Shown: positions 39,576 to 52,036, counted from the stretch's first letter. The stretch is 64,000 bases of DNA from Azolla caroliniana (GCA_043228905.1 JBHGNT010000007.1:20584001-20648000); one strand, 5' to 3'. Numbers and translations: made by a program. Notes: generated by a model from the sequence alone, not told the origin.

Positions 39576-42500
39576 TGTCGTGCCTTTCGGCTCCGGATCG
39601 TTTGCGTGAGTCGGGTGGGAACCACTGGGGTTTTGGACTAGGAAGAGGAGAGTTTTAAGGCTAATAAGAATATAAATATGTTGTAAGAAAGAGTTATAGC
39701 AAACTCGTGAATCCCACGAGTGTATTGTATTAGATTAATCAATATGAATATAAGAATATAAACTTCGGTTGAAAGAGAATGATATAGAATCCTCGTGAAT
39801 CCCACGAGTATAGTTTATTAATTGGTGTTTTTTAGAAACATATCCAGTTTCCAAGTATTTCACACACAATTACATTGTGCTCCCCATCCTTATGTAGTGA
39901 TGAGGAAGTCTTAGTAATCCATGCTTTTTCTCTAACTATAGACCCCATGCTTTTCCTATAGATAGACTATATGCTTTATCTAAAGTGATCATGCTTTTTT
40001 CTAACTTGTGCGTTTTTTATTATGCACGCTAGATGTGTATGTGTAGCTTTTTCTTTTGTTATGCGTTTTTCTAATGTTTATCCTAGCGTGAATTTACCTT
40101 TCTATGTGGGACATCTATGCTTTAACACTAATGAAATGCTAGTGTAATGGTAAGACATTACATTATTAACATGGAGGTGCAAGGTTCGAATCTTGCCCTA
40201 TGCATGTTCCATTTATTTTGCTATTTTCTTCTATTTCTTCATTTTTTATTGAATCTAATACTATATACGTTTTTCACGTAGTGTACAAAATACACTACGA
40301 CACTCACCCCCTCCAAACCCGCACATCCTCCGGTATGTGCCGAAGTTGTTGGTGTTTGTTAGTCTCCTCCGTCCGGTCTCTAACCGATTGGTTTCGTTGC
40401 CGGCTCGTAGTACCCTCGACTTCTCTTGTTATGTTGACTTTGTCTCTCCATTTGGAGCACATCCATTCTTTCCACCCGAACCATTGTCGACATCCGATCC
40501 ACCATAGTCTTCGTTCGCTTTTTGCATGGCCCGCTTGGTCCTTGTCATCCGCGGTAGTATCTTTTCTTGCCCTCTTTCTTTTCTTCATCAATCTCGACTT
40601 CTTTTCGGATTTTCGGTTTAGTCGGATTAGCTTACTTCCGATTCGGTCTCGTCGGATCGTCTTTCGTTTAGTTCGGCTTCCTTTCCGATTTGTATTCGGT
40701 CGATCCGGACTCGGTTGATCGGTTTTTACCGATTCAGTGCTCTTTCGGGTCGGTTTCTTTTCTTTTCTTTTCGTCCGGATTTGCTTTCTTTTCTTCGTTT
40801 TCACCTGCCTTGTCCGGTTCGACTTTCGGCACTTCTTTCCGTTGTTCGCCACGTAGGTCCTCCGATATGTGCTCGTTGTTCGGTCCTCGTGTGGTTGTAA
40901 TGCATGCTTCTTTTCTCGCCGTAGCGTGTGCTTCTTTATTCGCCATAACACGCGTTTCTTTATTCGCCGTAGAGCGTGCTCTGTATTACGCGCTTCTCCC
41001 GTCGTAGACCCGACCTCCGCATTGTCGCACTTTCTTTTAGATTGGAATTTCGGATGGATCATTTTCCATCCGAACCGACTTCCGACTTTACCTTCCTCGC
41101 CGCCATCTCCCGTCTCTCCGGTCTCACGTTGGTTCTCGGACACAACCGCCGAAGTCTCTAGATATTGTTGGCATGAATCCTCGGTATTACCTTCTTTCGT
41201 AGTTTCACCCTTAGCATTCTTCTCGGCTATCTCTTCATCGTATTCGTCGGCTTCGACATTCGTTTTCTCTCCGCCACCTTCCGTCTCTTCGGTCTCACGT
41301 TGCCTTTCGATCGCAACCGCCGGAGTCTCTGGAATCAGTGGTGGGGAAGTCTCGATATGGCCATCCGTCGTTGATTCGTCCATAGCCACCTTCGATTCGA
41401 TTTCGTCTTTTGTGGCTACCTCCTTAATCACATCCGCTTCACACTCTTTATCTGCATCAATTATGCAAACATCTATTATGCTTACCCCTTTTTGACCCGA
41501 TGTCTCGGGCACTTGTATCCCGAAATTTCCTTCTACACTTGAATTATCGGCCTTATCCTTCGCCATCGTTCTTTCACAAGACGAGTGGGTGTCTTGTTCC
41601 ACTCTTTCTCCCGTGGTACCATCATGTTGTATTTCGGCCTTCATATTGGCTTCATCGTTTTTCCTCAATCGACCATCCTTCATGGGCCATGTCGTTGTTG
41701 ACGAGATTCTCAGCTTCCTTTCATCATGTCTTCGGCATACCCTTTCGACTTTGGCCCAATCCTCGGTAAGGCCGTTCGCACCGTCATCATCTTCGAGTTC
41801 GATCCCAATGTCCATCCTTTCTTTCCGATCGATCGATCTTACGAACATTAAGACTTTATCTTCTCCCACCAATCTTCGTTCCCGCTCCGAGAGTCGAGCA
41901 AGACGATGCTCGAACTCTAGGAATGCTTGTGTTGCACTTCGGTGGGTCTTCTCCGATGCCACCCATTCGTCGAATTCTCGCCGATCTTGTCCCTTCGATC
42001 TCTTGTAATCATATGACTCTCGTAAAGCTTCTTCGAATGACCCCCATGTCGAGTTTTGTTGCCGTATCTTGTGGATTCTCTCTTGTAGCTCATCCGTGGC
42101 CACCCGATTGAAGGATGTCACTTGCAATCCTTCCGGTATCCCATATCGTATCATCTCCGCCTTGTAGTCACGTAGATAGCATGACACATCGTTTCCGTTG
42201 AATTGTCCGTTTCGTTGTACGAGCCGCTTTACTGCCCCCGTGATCTCCGACATCACTCGTTGTTCTTGTAGCATCCGCTCGAACATCATCATCATCGTTA
42301 TACTCATTGCCTCTTCTTGATTCTCCATCTCCTTGCCACCCGCCTTCACGTCGGGTTCACCAACTGTGTCGTGCCTTTCGGCTCCGGATCGTTTGCGTGA
42401 GTCGGGTGGGAACCACTGGGGTTTTGGACTAGGAAGAGGAGAGTTTTAAGGCTAATAAGAATATAAATATGTTGTAAGAAAGAGTTATAGCAAACTCGTG

Positions 42501-43093
42501 AATCCCACGAGTGTATTGTATTAGATTAATCAATATGAATATAAGAATATAAACTTCGGTTGAAAGAGAATGATATAGAATCCTCGTGAATCCCACGAGT
42601 ATAGTTTATTAATTGGTGTTTTTTAGAAACATATCCAGTTTCCAAGTATTTCACACACAATTACATTGTGCTCCCCATCCTTATGTAGTGATGAGGAAGT
42701 CTTAGTAATCCATGCTTTTTCTCTAACTATAGACCCCATGCTTTTCCTATAGATAGACTATATGCTTTATCTAAAGTGATCATGCTTTTTTCTAACTTGT
42801 GCGTTTTTTATTATGCACGCTAGATGTGTATGTGTAGCTTTTTCTTTTGTTATGCGTTTTTCTAATGTTTATCCTAGCGTGAATTTACCTTTCTATGTGG
42901 GACATCTATGCTTTAACACTAATGAAATGCTAGTTTAATGGTAAGACATTACATTATTAACATGGAGGTGCAAGGTTCGAATCTTGCCCTTTGCATGTTC
43001 CATTTATTTTGCTATTTTCTTCTATTTCTTCATTTTTTATTGAATCTAATACTATATACGTTTTTCACGTAGTGTACAAAATACACTACGACA
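39576..43093 (-). mobile_element. Young non-autonomous Gypsy element H (LTR-gag ORF-LTR, TR-GAG-like)
   Basis: 727-bp LTRs 39576-40302 and 42367-43093 with about 2 differences; TSD GCGT; tRNA-Trp PBS about 42345-42362; PPT next to 40303; no PR/RT/IN motifs. Confidence 0.96.
40304..42349 (-). CDS. gag: Gag-derived protein with long acidic then basic low-complexity tail (681 codons; first ATG about 42328)
   Basis: N-terminal about 230 aa homologous to gag of G (GQFNG.DVS.YLRDYKAEMIR.GI.EGLQVTSFNRVATD); ORF is open from PBS to PPT. Confidence 0.85.
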   Translation of the reverse strand: MKAGGKEMENQEEAMSITMMMMFERMLQEQRVMSEITGAVKRLVQRNGQFNGNDVSCYLRDYKAEMIRYGIPEGLQVTSFNRVATDELQERIHKIRQQNSTWGSFEEALRESYDYKRSKGQDRREFDEWVASEKTHRSATQAFLEFEHRLARLSERERRLVGEDKVLMFVRSIDRKERMDIGIELEDDDGANGLTEDWAKVERVCRRHDERKLRISSTTTWPMKDGRLRKNDEANMKAEIQHDGTTGERVEQDTHSSCERTMAKDKADNSSVEGNFGIQVPETSGQKGVSIIDVCIIDADKECEADVIKEVATKDEIESKVAMDESTTDGHIETSPPLIPETPAVAIERQRETEETEGGGEKTNVEADEYDEEIAEKNAKGETTKEGNTEDSCQQYLETSAVVSENQRETGETGDGGEEGKVGSRFGWKMIHPKFQSKRKCDNAEVGSTTGEARNTEHALRRIKKRVLWRIKKHTLRREKKHALQPHEDRTTSTYRRTYVANNGKKCRKSNRTRQVKTKKRKQIRTKRKEKKPTRKSTESVKTDQPSPDRPNTNRKGSRTKRKTIRRDRIGSKLIRLNRKSEKKSRLMKKRKRARKDTTADDKDQAGHAKSERRLWWIGCRQWFGWKEWMCSKWRDKVNITREVEGTTSRQRNQSVRDRTEETNKHQQLRHIPEDVRVWRG

Positions 43094-44370
43094 GCGTATC
43101 ATTCCAGAACGAAGCACATCCAACGGAGGTACCACTAGATTCGGGAGCGAGTAGAAGACCGAGAGTTCATGCTAACAAAGATCCACACGGAGGAGAACGG
43201 GTCGGATATGCTGACCAAGGTGCTGACGCTCGACAAGCTAGATGCATACTGGAAGCGGATTGGATTGACAAGGCATCCCATGCCAGAGTGAAGGGGGAGT
43301 TTGTTAGGATCTCGATCCCTCCGGATGGCATACGAAGGCCCGACATCGGAAGACCCAGTGAGAACCGGATGTGGAGTACCCGGCAACGGAAGACCCGGTG
43401 AGAACCGAATGTTGCAGGCCCGGTGAGAATCTCTCATCGGATGGAAGGGACATATATGTAAATATGTTCTAGAGAGCCCACTGGGGCTATATTTGTAAAT
43501 AGCCCGAAAGTCATATTAGTATAAATATGACCTAGGGAAAACTTAATAGTTATGATGATAGAGTTACTGGTGTAACTTCTGTACAGTGCGTAAGAGTGAG
43601 AGAGAGAGCGATATACAGAGATCGTGTCTCTGTTGTAACCTCCGCTAGGCGAAGATTATGAGCAAGAGGTTGTTGCCTCTGTGCTCCCTGTTGTATTTAT
43701 TTGACATAGTGATAGTTTGGAGTCTGTGGAGTCCCGTGGTTTTTCCCTTTCAGGGTTTTCCATGTTAACATCCTGTGTATTCTCTTTCCGTTTTACGTAC
43801 TTACCCCCATTCCCATTTCTTTTGTGTTTGATTGTCATCAAGTGATCTACCCTTCGGTTGTGGCCGGAGATTATTCCACATATTTCTCGTCAGTTTCATA
43901 CATAAGGTGTTTTATAGACATGAGTCTATATAACAACTTCATTGATGAGACCGAAGTAGATGTTTTGTGGAAGACGATAGGGAGTATGTTTGAGAAGAAA
44001 AATTCCTTGAATAGAGTGTCCATCTTTAGGAAGATAATGAGGCTGAGATACTAAGATGGCTCGAGCATGGCTGACCACTTGAATGCATTTCAAGGGCTAA
44101 TAAACTAGACTCTATGTCTAGAAATACCTCTAATAGAAAAGATATTAGCCTTATTGTTGTTGGGCTCTCCCCTAGATAGTTGGGAGACACTTGTCGTGAC
44201 CTTAGGTAACTCAACACCACAAGGAAAACAATTGACACTAGATATTCTCAACTTGAGCCTTCTAAGTCAAGAAGCAAGACAAAAAGAGTGTGGCCCCAAC
44301 TCTGAGCATAAGGCCCTAATCATAGAAGGTGGCCCTAATAGAGGAAGCATTAGACAAAGAGGTTCACAAG

Positions 44371-45392
44371 ACATCTAGTCGAATGATTATGTTGTTTTGC
44401 ACACCTCCATCTATTCATTTACGTGATATCTTCCCTCTATCAAGTATATGGCCCACACCTCTCCATGAATCAGGGCACAACCATGGTTGAACCGGTGACC
44501 TATCGGACTACCGCCGATTACTTTACCACTCAGCTATACACCCTCACCGAAAAGAAACATTCCATTGCAATCCACCATTCATTCATGTACATAGATTCCT
44601 GTACATGAAATCTAGACTTCCTTTCGAAAGACCTCAACTCTTAGACTTAGGGCTCAGCCAGGGTTGAACTAGTGACCTATCAGACTTTAGCCGATTGCTG
44701 TAGCACTGAACTTTAAACCCGCGCCCAAAAGAAACATTATGTGGCAAACTTCCATTGACTCATGTAGAAGACATCCAAACGAATTATTATTTCAGTTCGG
44801 ACATCTCCTTGAATCAGAAGGTAGCTGGGGTTCATCGGAGACTTATCATACTTTAACTGATTGGTCTACCACTAAGATATAAATACGGGCCCCTAAAGAA
44901 ATATCATGTCGAAATATCCATTCATGTACATGAAATCTACACTTCTTAGAATTTGGGCTCAACAAGGGTTGAACTAATGATCTATCAGATTGTAGCCAAT
45001 TGCTGTAGCAGTGAAGTTTACACCCGCGCACAAAAGAAACATTTCGTAGCAAACGTCCACTGATTCATATAGAAGAAGTCCACAGTAATTATTACGTCAT
45101 TTCGGACATTTCCTGGAATCTGGAGCTAGGCGGGGTTGAACCGATGACCTATCGTACTACGGCCGATTGATATATCACTTCGATATACACCCCGTCAAAA
45201 AGGAAATATCACGTCGAAATCTCCATTGATTTATCTACAATATATCTAGTCGAATTATTATGTAGTTTTGCACACCTCCATCTATTCATTTATGTGATAT
45301 CTTCATCATCCATTAGGTATATGGCACACAACATCACCTTGAATCAGGGAGAAACCGGGGTTGAACTGATGACCTATCGAACTGCGGCTGAT
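44371..45392 (-). repeat. tRNA-Cys-derived tandem array, left block (about 6 monomers)
   Basis: Same five monomer types and spacers as 51412-56517; ends mid-tRNA at the junction with Gypsy F. Confidence 0.92.
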
Positions 45393-45418
45393 GACCACGA
45401 CTCCTAGAGAAATACGGG

Positions 45419-47229
45419 TTGGACGACGCGCTCCGGCTTTCGAAACGGGACTTCATGGAATGGGTGGAGTCCCCCGGCAAGGGAAGAAACGCGTCGGCAC
45501 TCCCCCGGGAGTTCGAAGAACGCTTTGCGCGCCTTTCGGCGCTTGACCGAACCGTTCTGGATACGAGCCGGGTCCTACTATTCGTCAAGTCGGTGGACGA
45601 GCGGGACCGGGATCAAGTCGGCTCTTTGCTGGAAACCGAAGACGGGCTGACGATCGACTGGGCTGCGGTTAAGAGAGTCTGTGGCCGTTTCGACAAACGG
45701 CGAGAATGGGCTGACAACGGGGCGGCTGGTGCGGGCTCAGTCACAGCAAGGAGGCTTGAACCGGCACCGCAAGGGCGAAGGGAAGAAACCCGGAAATGGC
45801 TAGAAACCGGTCCGGCTTCGACCGGCATGGTCAGTGGCTCGTCCGGAGGAGCAGCGCTGGAGGAGTTGACGCGGGTGATAAAGGATCTCCAGATTGCCCA
45901 GACTCGAAGGGAAGGCGGCGAACCGGCTCGTGACCGACGGCCGGTAGCAGGGAACAGGTGCATGTGGTGCGACGAGGTCGGCCACATCCGGAAGGACTGC
46001 GGCGATTTCGCTGAGGCGTTGAGGAACCGGGTGGTGTACCTGTGGGAAGGCCGGGTGCACGCCAGCAATACCAGAAGGGCCCTAAACCGAAATGACGGGC
46101 GAGGAGATATGAAGAGACTGATGGAAGAGGCAGCGGCCCGACACGTGGAGACCATCCACTACTCGGCGTCGGCCGGCATCCGGGTCGGGGGCAGCGAGGC
46201 CCGAAAGGAGGGCAAAGACGGATTCTGGTCGGCAATGCTGGGAGCTCTTGCCGGCCTACGGCTGAGGAAAGATGAAACGGACCACGTTGAGAGACGGGTC
46301 CGGGAAATAACCGGGTGGAGCGATCCGGTCGAGGAGAAGACGGCCTTCGTAGAAGCCGCCTGCCGGAACTACGAGGCTCTGGTAGAAGACAAACGAGTGG
46401 GGAAAGCCAGAGCGGCCGGACCCTCACAACGGTACGAGACCCGATTCGGGCAACGACGGGACGATGCCGGTGGGTCCAGTTCGCAGGATAACCCCAGGAA
46501 GGGCGGATACCGACTGGGGACGGAAATAGAAAGGACCACGGACCTACGAAAGGTCCTAGAAGAGCGGATCCTCGACAGCAAAGTGGAGCTGTCATTGCGG
46601 GAGGTGCTAGGGATCGCTAAGAAGGAGTTCCACGACTCCATTGTGGACTTGGTGAAGCGGAAGAGGCTGTTGACGGAGACGGAACCGGAAAGGCCGGTGG
46701 AGATGCGGACGACGCACATCGACGATTTGGCGCTGGAAGATGAGTGGGCGGAGAGCCACTATTCGAGGCCACACTGGGCCCGAGCGACCACGGAGACCCC
46801 GGTAAAGATCAGAGAAGTTCAGGAACCGGTGGTGGCATTGGTGGACCACGGTTCGGAATAAACCTGATGTCCATGGACTTCTATAAGAAGGGAAAGTGGC
46901 TGATCAACACCAAGCACGGGTGGAAGATACGGGCGGCGACGCGCGCCACCGAGGAACTGCACGGGGCCTACCCGAACGTGCGAGTCAAGATCGGCGACGT
47001 CGAGATTGACCAGCACTTCTTCGTACAGGAGACGTCCTCGCACCCGGTCATATTAGGGGAACCATACATCACGGCAACGCGAATGGAGACCAAGGTGCTG
47101 GACAACGGTTCGGCCTACGCGAGGGTCAAAAACCAGGACGGGCGCCATTCGGTTCAATTTCTGACGGTGCGGCCAAACCACGAGCGAAACCGCGAATCCC
47201 TCGGTGGCGAGAACCGGGAGGATTTTTAG
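45419..47229 (+). pseudogene. gag: gag-protease ORF1 of F, 5'-truncated, one frameshift about 46858
   Basis: CMWCDEVGHIRKDC knuckle, VALVDHGSE, HPVILGEPY; ends GAT TTT TAG. Confidence 0.9.
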
Positions 47230-47286
47230 AGAGGGCTGTCAAGGCGTGGGGCCAAGATAGCCCGGACACTCGGGAAAGACCCCACG
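47220..47286 (+). promoter_or_regulatory. Putative -1 ribosomal frameshift signal of F (G_GAU_UUU, UAG, pseudoknot)
   Basis: Stem1 GGGCTGTC/GATAGCCC, stem2 CGTGGGG/CCCCACG; -1 frame is open into pol. Confidence 0.85.
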
Positions 47287-50200
47287 ACTGTACGATAGAA
47301 CCGAAACCGAAGATACCTTGCACGATAGGTAGGAAATTTTGCTTCTCCAACGACGGAGGGTGTGTAATGGTCGGCATCGTTGGCCGAGAAAAGGCAAGGG
47401 CGGAGGAGCGACTTCGAGCGTGCGGAGTCCTTGGCCTGGACGAGGAAATCAGCGGAGCCGTGGAGGCGGTCTCCTTCGACGACACCTTGGGAATGCTGAG
47501 GAAGGTAGCTGGAGAAGACCTTAACGAAGACCGGACAATACCGGTATGTTCCGAAGAGATGTACGAAGTCATCGCGGACTTCAGTCAGGGGCTCAGGTCG
47601 GATCGGACGGCCCGAGTTAGCACGAAGTACAAGACTGTGGACCGGAAGGTAAGGCCAGTCGCGGCACCCTTACCGGAGGGCAGCGAGTCCCGGATCAGAG
47701 GGGTTGCGTCGGACCCCAGTTTACGAGATCCGGTCTGCATAGGACACACCTTCACCGACGGAACGCTCCGGGAGCTCAAAATCGGTGGGGGCGGGTTCGT
47801 ACTGCCGGCGGAGGAAGACCGGTTTTGGAGAAGCTCGGAAGGCACGGGAAAGCCTTCGCATTCTCGCCGGAAGAGATCGGGTGCGTAGACCCGACAATCG
47901 TGGACCCGATGGTGATATTCACGGTACCGTATGTACCATGGAATCTCAAGCCGATTCTAGTACCGAGAACTCACATCCCGAAGTTGATGGAGCTATTGAG
48001 GCAGAAAGTCGATATGGGTATTCTCGAATCGTCGAGCGCGCCATACTCGAATCGATGGTTTACCGTACCAAAGAAAAACGGAACATTGCGCTTCATTCAG
48101 GACCTGCAGCCGGTCAACAGAGTGACCATTCGGAACGCAAGAATCGGACCGACCATAGACGAGTTCGCGGAGGCCTTCGCCGGGAGGTCGATTTACTCGG
48201 TCGGCGATCTGTACTCGGGGTACGACCAGTTCCAGCTAGTCGTGGAGAGCAGAGACATTACGACGATGCGAACTCCCCTCGGCCTAGTACGAATGTGTAC
48301 CCTGCCACAAGGAGGGACCAACTCGGTGGCCCACATGGTGAATGCAATGAACAAGGTACTGAGGGATTGCATCCCGGACATCACCATGCCATTTCTAGAC
48401 GACATCCCGATCAAGGGGTGCCCGATGGAAGAGAAGGACGCGACACTCAGACCGGATGGATGCCGGCGATTCGTGGCAGCACACATCGACGACTGCGAGA
48501 AGGTGCTACAAAGGCTAGAGGATGCGAGGCTCACCTTCTCCGGGGAGAAATCGGCCTTCGGGCAATCAGAAATCCTGGTGGTCGGACACCTATGTGGACC
48601 ATATGGCCGGAAGCCGTCTCCGGCAAAAGTAGAAGCCATCTCCGCGATGAAGACCGACTGTAGCTCGGTTACGGAAGTTCGGAGGTTCCTGGGGGCATGC
48701 GCATTCTACCACATATGGATCCCGCACTACGCCCACGTTGCGGAGCCGCTATACGGGTTGCTGAAGAAGGGGCGGAAATTCGAGTGGCGAGACGAGCACA
48801 CGGAGTCGGTCCGGAAGCTGAAGGAAGCTCTTGTGGCAGCACCGGCGCTCCGGAAGGCTGTCTACGAGAAGGGTACCCCGGTATACATAACGGTGGATAC
48901 GAGTTCGACCGGGATCGGATGGGTCTTCAACCAAGAAGACATGAATGGCATTCGGTTCCCGATCCGATTCGGCGCGAAGGTCCTCAGTGAGCGACAACGA
49001 GGGTACGCCCAGGTTAAACGCGAACTCTGGGGTATCGTTTCGGCAGTAAAGGCCTACAAAGACTACCTGATCGGGACGGAGGTGATTATCGAGACGGATT
49101 GCCTGCCAATTCTCGGCATGGTTTTCGGATGCGTGACACCGGACTTGGCAATGCTCAGGTGGATAGCGTACATCAAGTCCCTGGATCGGGAAATACGACA
49201 CATTTCCGGAAAGGACAACGCCATGGCCGACATGCTTTCGAGGGCGAGGTTTGATGACGAGGGCGGCATGGTTTCGGAGGACGAAGAAGTCGGCGTGGAC
49301 TTCTTCGAGGCGGCGTACGTGACGACCGATGGGACGAGCACTCTGGCACTTAACGACTTCGAAGAGAGCAAGTACGACGGCGAGTGGCTCCAGATCGGTG
49401 GATTTTTGAGGACAATGACGCCGGATGCGTCATGGACGAAGGACGAGGCCAACCGGATCCGGAAGAAGGCTTACCGATTCTTTCTCCGGGACGGATACTT
49501 ATGGAAGCACCCGAAGAAGAGGAACGGCGTCCCGCTCCGGGTGGTGGCGATGAAGGAAGAACAGGAGGAGCTGCTGATGGCCTACCACGATAGCCCTTGG
49601 GTCGGACACCGTGGAACCTGGGCCACGTTCGAGAAGATAAAGGGGAAGTACTGGTGGTCGGGACTGTACTGGGACGTGCATCGGTTCGTGACAACTTGCG
49701 AGAGCTGTCAGATGCACTCCATAGTCCGACACCGGGACGAACTTCACCCTACGTACCCTCCGACCATCCACTTCAAATGGATGGTAGACCTGGTGACGAT
49801 GCCGATGGGAGTAGGACAGATGCGGTATCTGGTCCTGGCTCGGGAAGATTTGACGAACCAGGTGGAAGGCCGGGCCCTTCAGAACAAAACGACTGCAGCC
49901 GTATGTCGGTTCCTGCTCGAGAACGTAATATGCCGGTACGGGTGCGTCGGGAAGATCATGGCTGATCGCGGGGAGTTGGACGCCGAAGAGGCCGAGGAGT
50001 TGTTTGACCGGTTAGGGGTCAAGCTCTCGCTTACCACTGCATACAATCCGGAGGCAAATGGAAAGGTGGAACGCGGACATGAACCGATCGTCAAGGCGTT
50101 AGTTCGGGCATGCGGAGGGCAAGTCGGGAACTGGCCACGACTGCTGCCTTACGTGTTGTGGGCTGACCGAACTACGCACAGTTCGGTAACCGGATTCATG

Positions 50201-50722
50201 CCGACAGAGCTCATGTTTGGGCAGAAGCCGGTCATGCCGATGGAACGTACGATCTCCTCATGGGCAACCGTGGACTGGAGAAACGAGATGAGCCGGGAGG
50301 AACTGTTGGTGGCGCGCATACGACAGCTTGAGCGAAGACCGGAGGACGTGGAGCAGGCTGCGGGAAAGCTTCGGGTGGCAAGGACGAGGAACAAAGCCCG
50401 GTTCGACCGGACGCACCGGCTCCGACCGAAGAAGATCGAGGAAGGCGACTGGGTGCTAGTCTATGACAGTAGCCTCGACAACCAGCACCGAGCAACACGG
50501 AAGTTCGCAAGAAGGTGGTTCGGGCCTTACGTGGTACGAAGCGCCAACGACAACGGGACGTACCATCTGGCAGAACTCGACGGCACGAGAATGGCAATAC
50601 CAGTAGTTGGGAAGCGGATCAAAGCGTTCAAGAAGCGTCACGACGACGAGCCGGATCCGGATAACCTGGACCGGGACGACGAACGATCCGAAACCGAAGA
50701 AGAACCGACGGGCGAGGAATAA
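47220..50722 (+). CDS. pol: Pol ORF2 of F (RT-RNase H-integrase), one lesion about 47825; 965-aa open segment
   Basis: RT DLYSGYDQ and PFLDD; RNase H TVDTS; integrase HHCC (YHDSPWVGHRG...CESCQ), DDE core, GPY motif; no chromodomain. Confidence 0.93.
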
Positions 50723-52036
50723 AGGCTGGACCGGTTTTTTCCGTCCCAACTCAATTTGGCGCATGCCGGTGGATGCGCGGTTAGGTGGGGGCGGATGTTG
50801 TGAAGAAAACCGTCCACGAGCGGAATCGGTGCGCCGGAGCATAGGAACCGGCTCTTCATGCACGCACGCCTTACGTTGTACATAGAAGATCCTAGGTAGG
50901 AAGATTCGGTAGGTAAGAAGTTAATAGGAAACGGCTCCCTTCTTGCCTATAAAAGGAGGGAGACGAGGAGGATGAAGGGATCGCGAAGTAAGAGAGGACG
51001 AAGTGCTGTCGGATTGTGGGCCGAAGGCTTCTCTCTCTTCCAAACTCCATAGCTCCTTTCTGTGCAGGTTTCGGGAGGCTCGCGCTGCTCTGAGGAATGC
51101 CTGAGTGCTTCCGGCAGCACCTCCAACCTACTCCTTTCTTTCTGTGCGTTTACGAACAGGCATCGGCATCTGTTCGCCGGCCTGTTCGGTTGTAACCGAC
51201 TTCGTCCTCTTGTTGTTTGTCTTTGTTCATACATACATACATTCGTGTCTCTCTGTGTCGCTGTCCCACTCGCGTCTTTGGGTCGAAGGGCCGTGTCCCT
51301 GTGGATCTATGCTCGCACGTAGTGGGTCTCTTCTCCTTTCTCTCTTGCTCTTCGGTACAGGACCCCCGAGGTCCTGCCTCTTTCTACGCATCCGCGAGGA
51401 ATACCTCGACAACGCACAAAAGAAACATTATGTGGGAAACTTCCATTGACTCATGTAGAAGACGTCCAAACGAATTATTATTTCAGTTTGGACATCTCCT
51501 TGAATCAAAAGGTAGTCGGGGTTAATCAGAGACTTATCATACTTTAACGGATTGGTCTACCACTAAGATATACAGACGGGCCACTAAAGAAATATCACGT
51601 CGAAATATCCATTCATGTACATGAAATCTATACTTCTTAGAATTTGGGCTCAGCAAGGGTTGAACTAATGATCTATCAGATTGTAGCCAATTTTTGTAAC
51701 ACTAAAGTTTACACCCGCACACAAAAGAAACATTTCGTGGCAAACGTCCACTGATTCATATAGAAGAAGTCCACACTAATTAGTAAGTCATTTCGGACAT
51801 TTCCTAGAATCTGGAGCCAGGCGGGGTTGAACCGATTACCTATCGTACTACGGCCGGTTGATCTATCACTTAGATATACATGCTGTCAAAAAGGAAATAT
51901 CATGTCGAAATCTCCATTGATTTATCTACAATACATCTAGTGGAATGATTATGTAGTTTTGCACACATCCATCTATTCATTTACGTGATATCTTCAGCAT
52001 CCATTAGGTATATGGCGCACAACATCTCCTTGAATT

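Larger units (their letters stand above)
35036..43892 (+). mobile_element. Ty1/Copia element I (Tnt1/Tork-like), degenerate, hosts element H in RNase H
   Basis: LTRs 35036-35744 and 43302-43892; TSD GTTTC; PBS 35748-35759; PPT AAGGGGGAG before 43302; pol very similar to C; many stops. Confidence 0.97.
34910..44370 (+). pseudogene. Older Copia gag fragment (K) split by element I; pieces at 34910-35035 and 43898-44370
   Basis: MLVCKDLWLPIQYG...NAVS joins YIRCFIDMSLYNNF across TSD GTTTC; LDSWETLVVTLGN. Confidence 0.85.
45393..51411 (+). mobile_element. 5'-truncated Ty3/Gypsy element F inside the tRNA array
   Basis: Starts mid-gag; PPT GGTGGGGGCGGA; 3' LTR 50796-51411 (TGT...ACA, TATAAAA about 50948); array resumes at ACGCACAAAAG. 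Confidence 0.95.
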
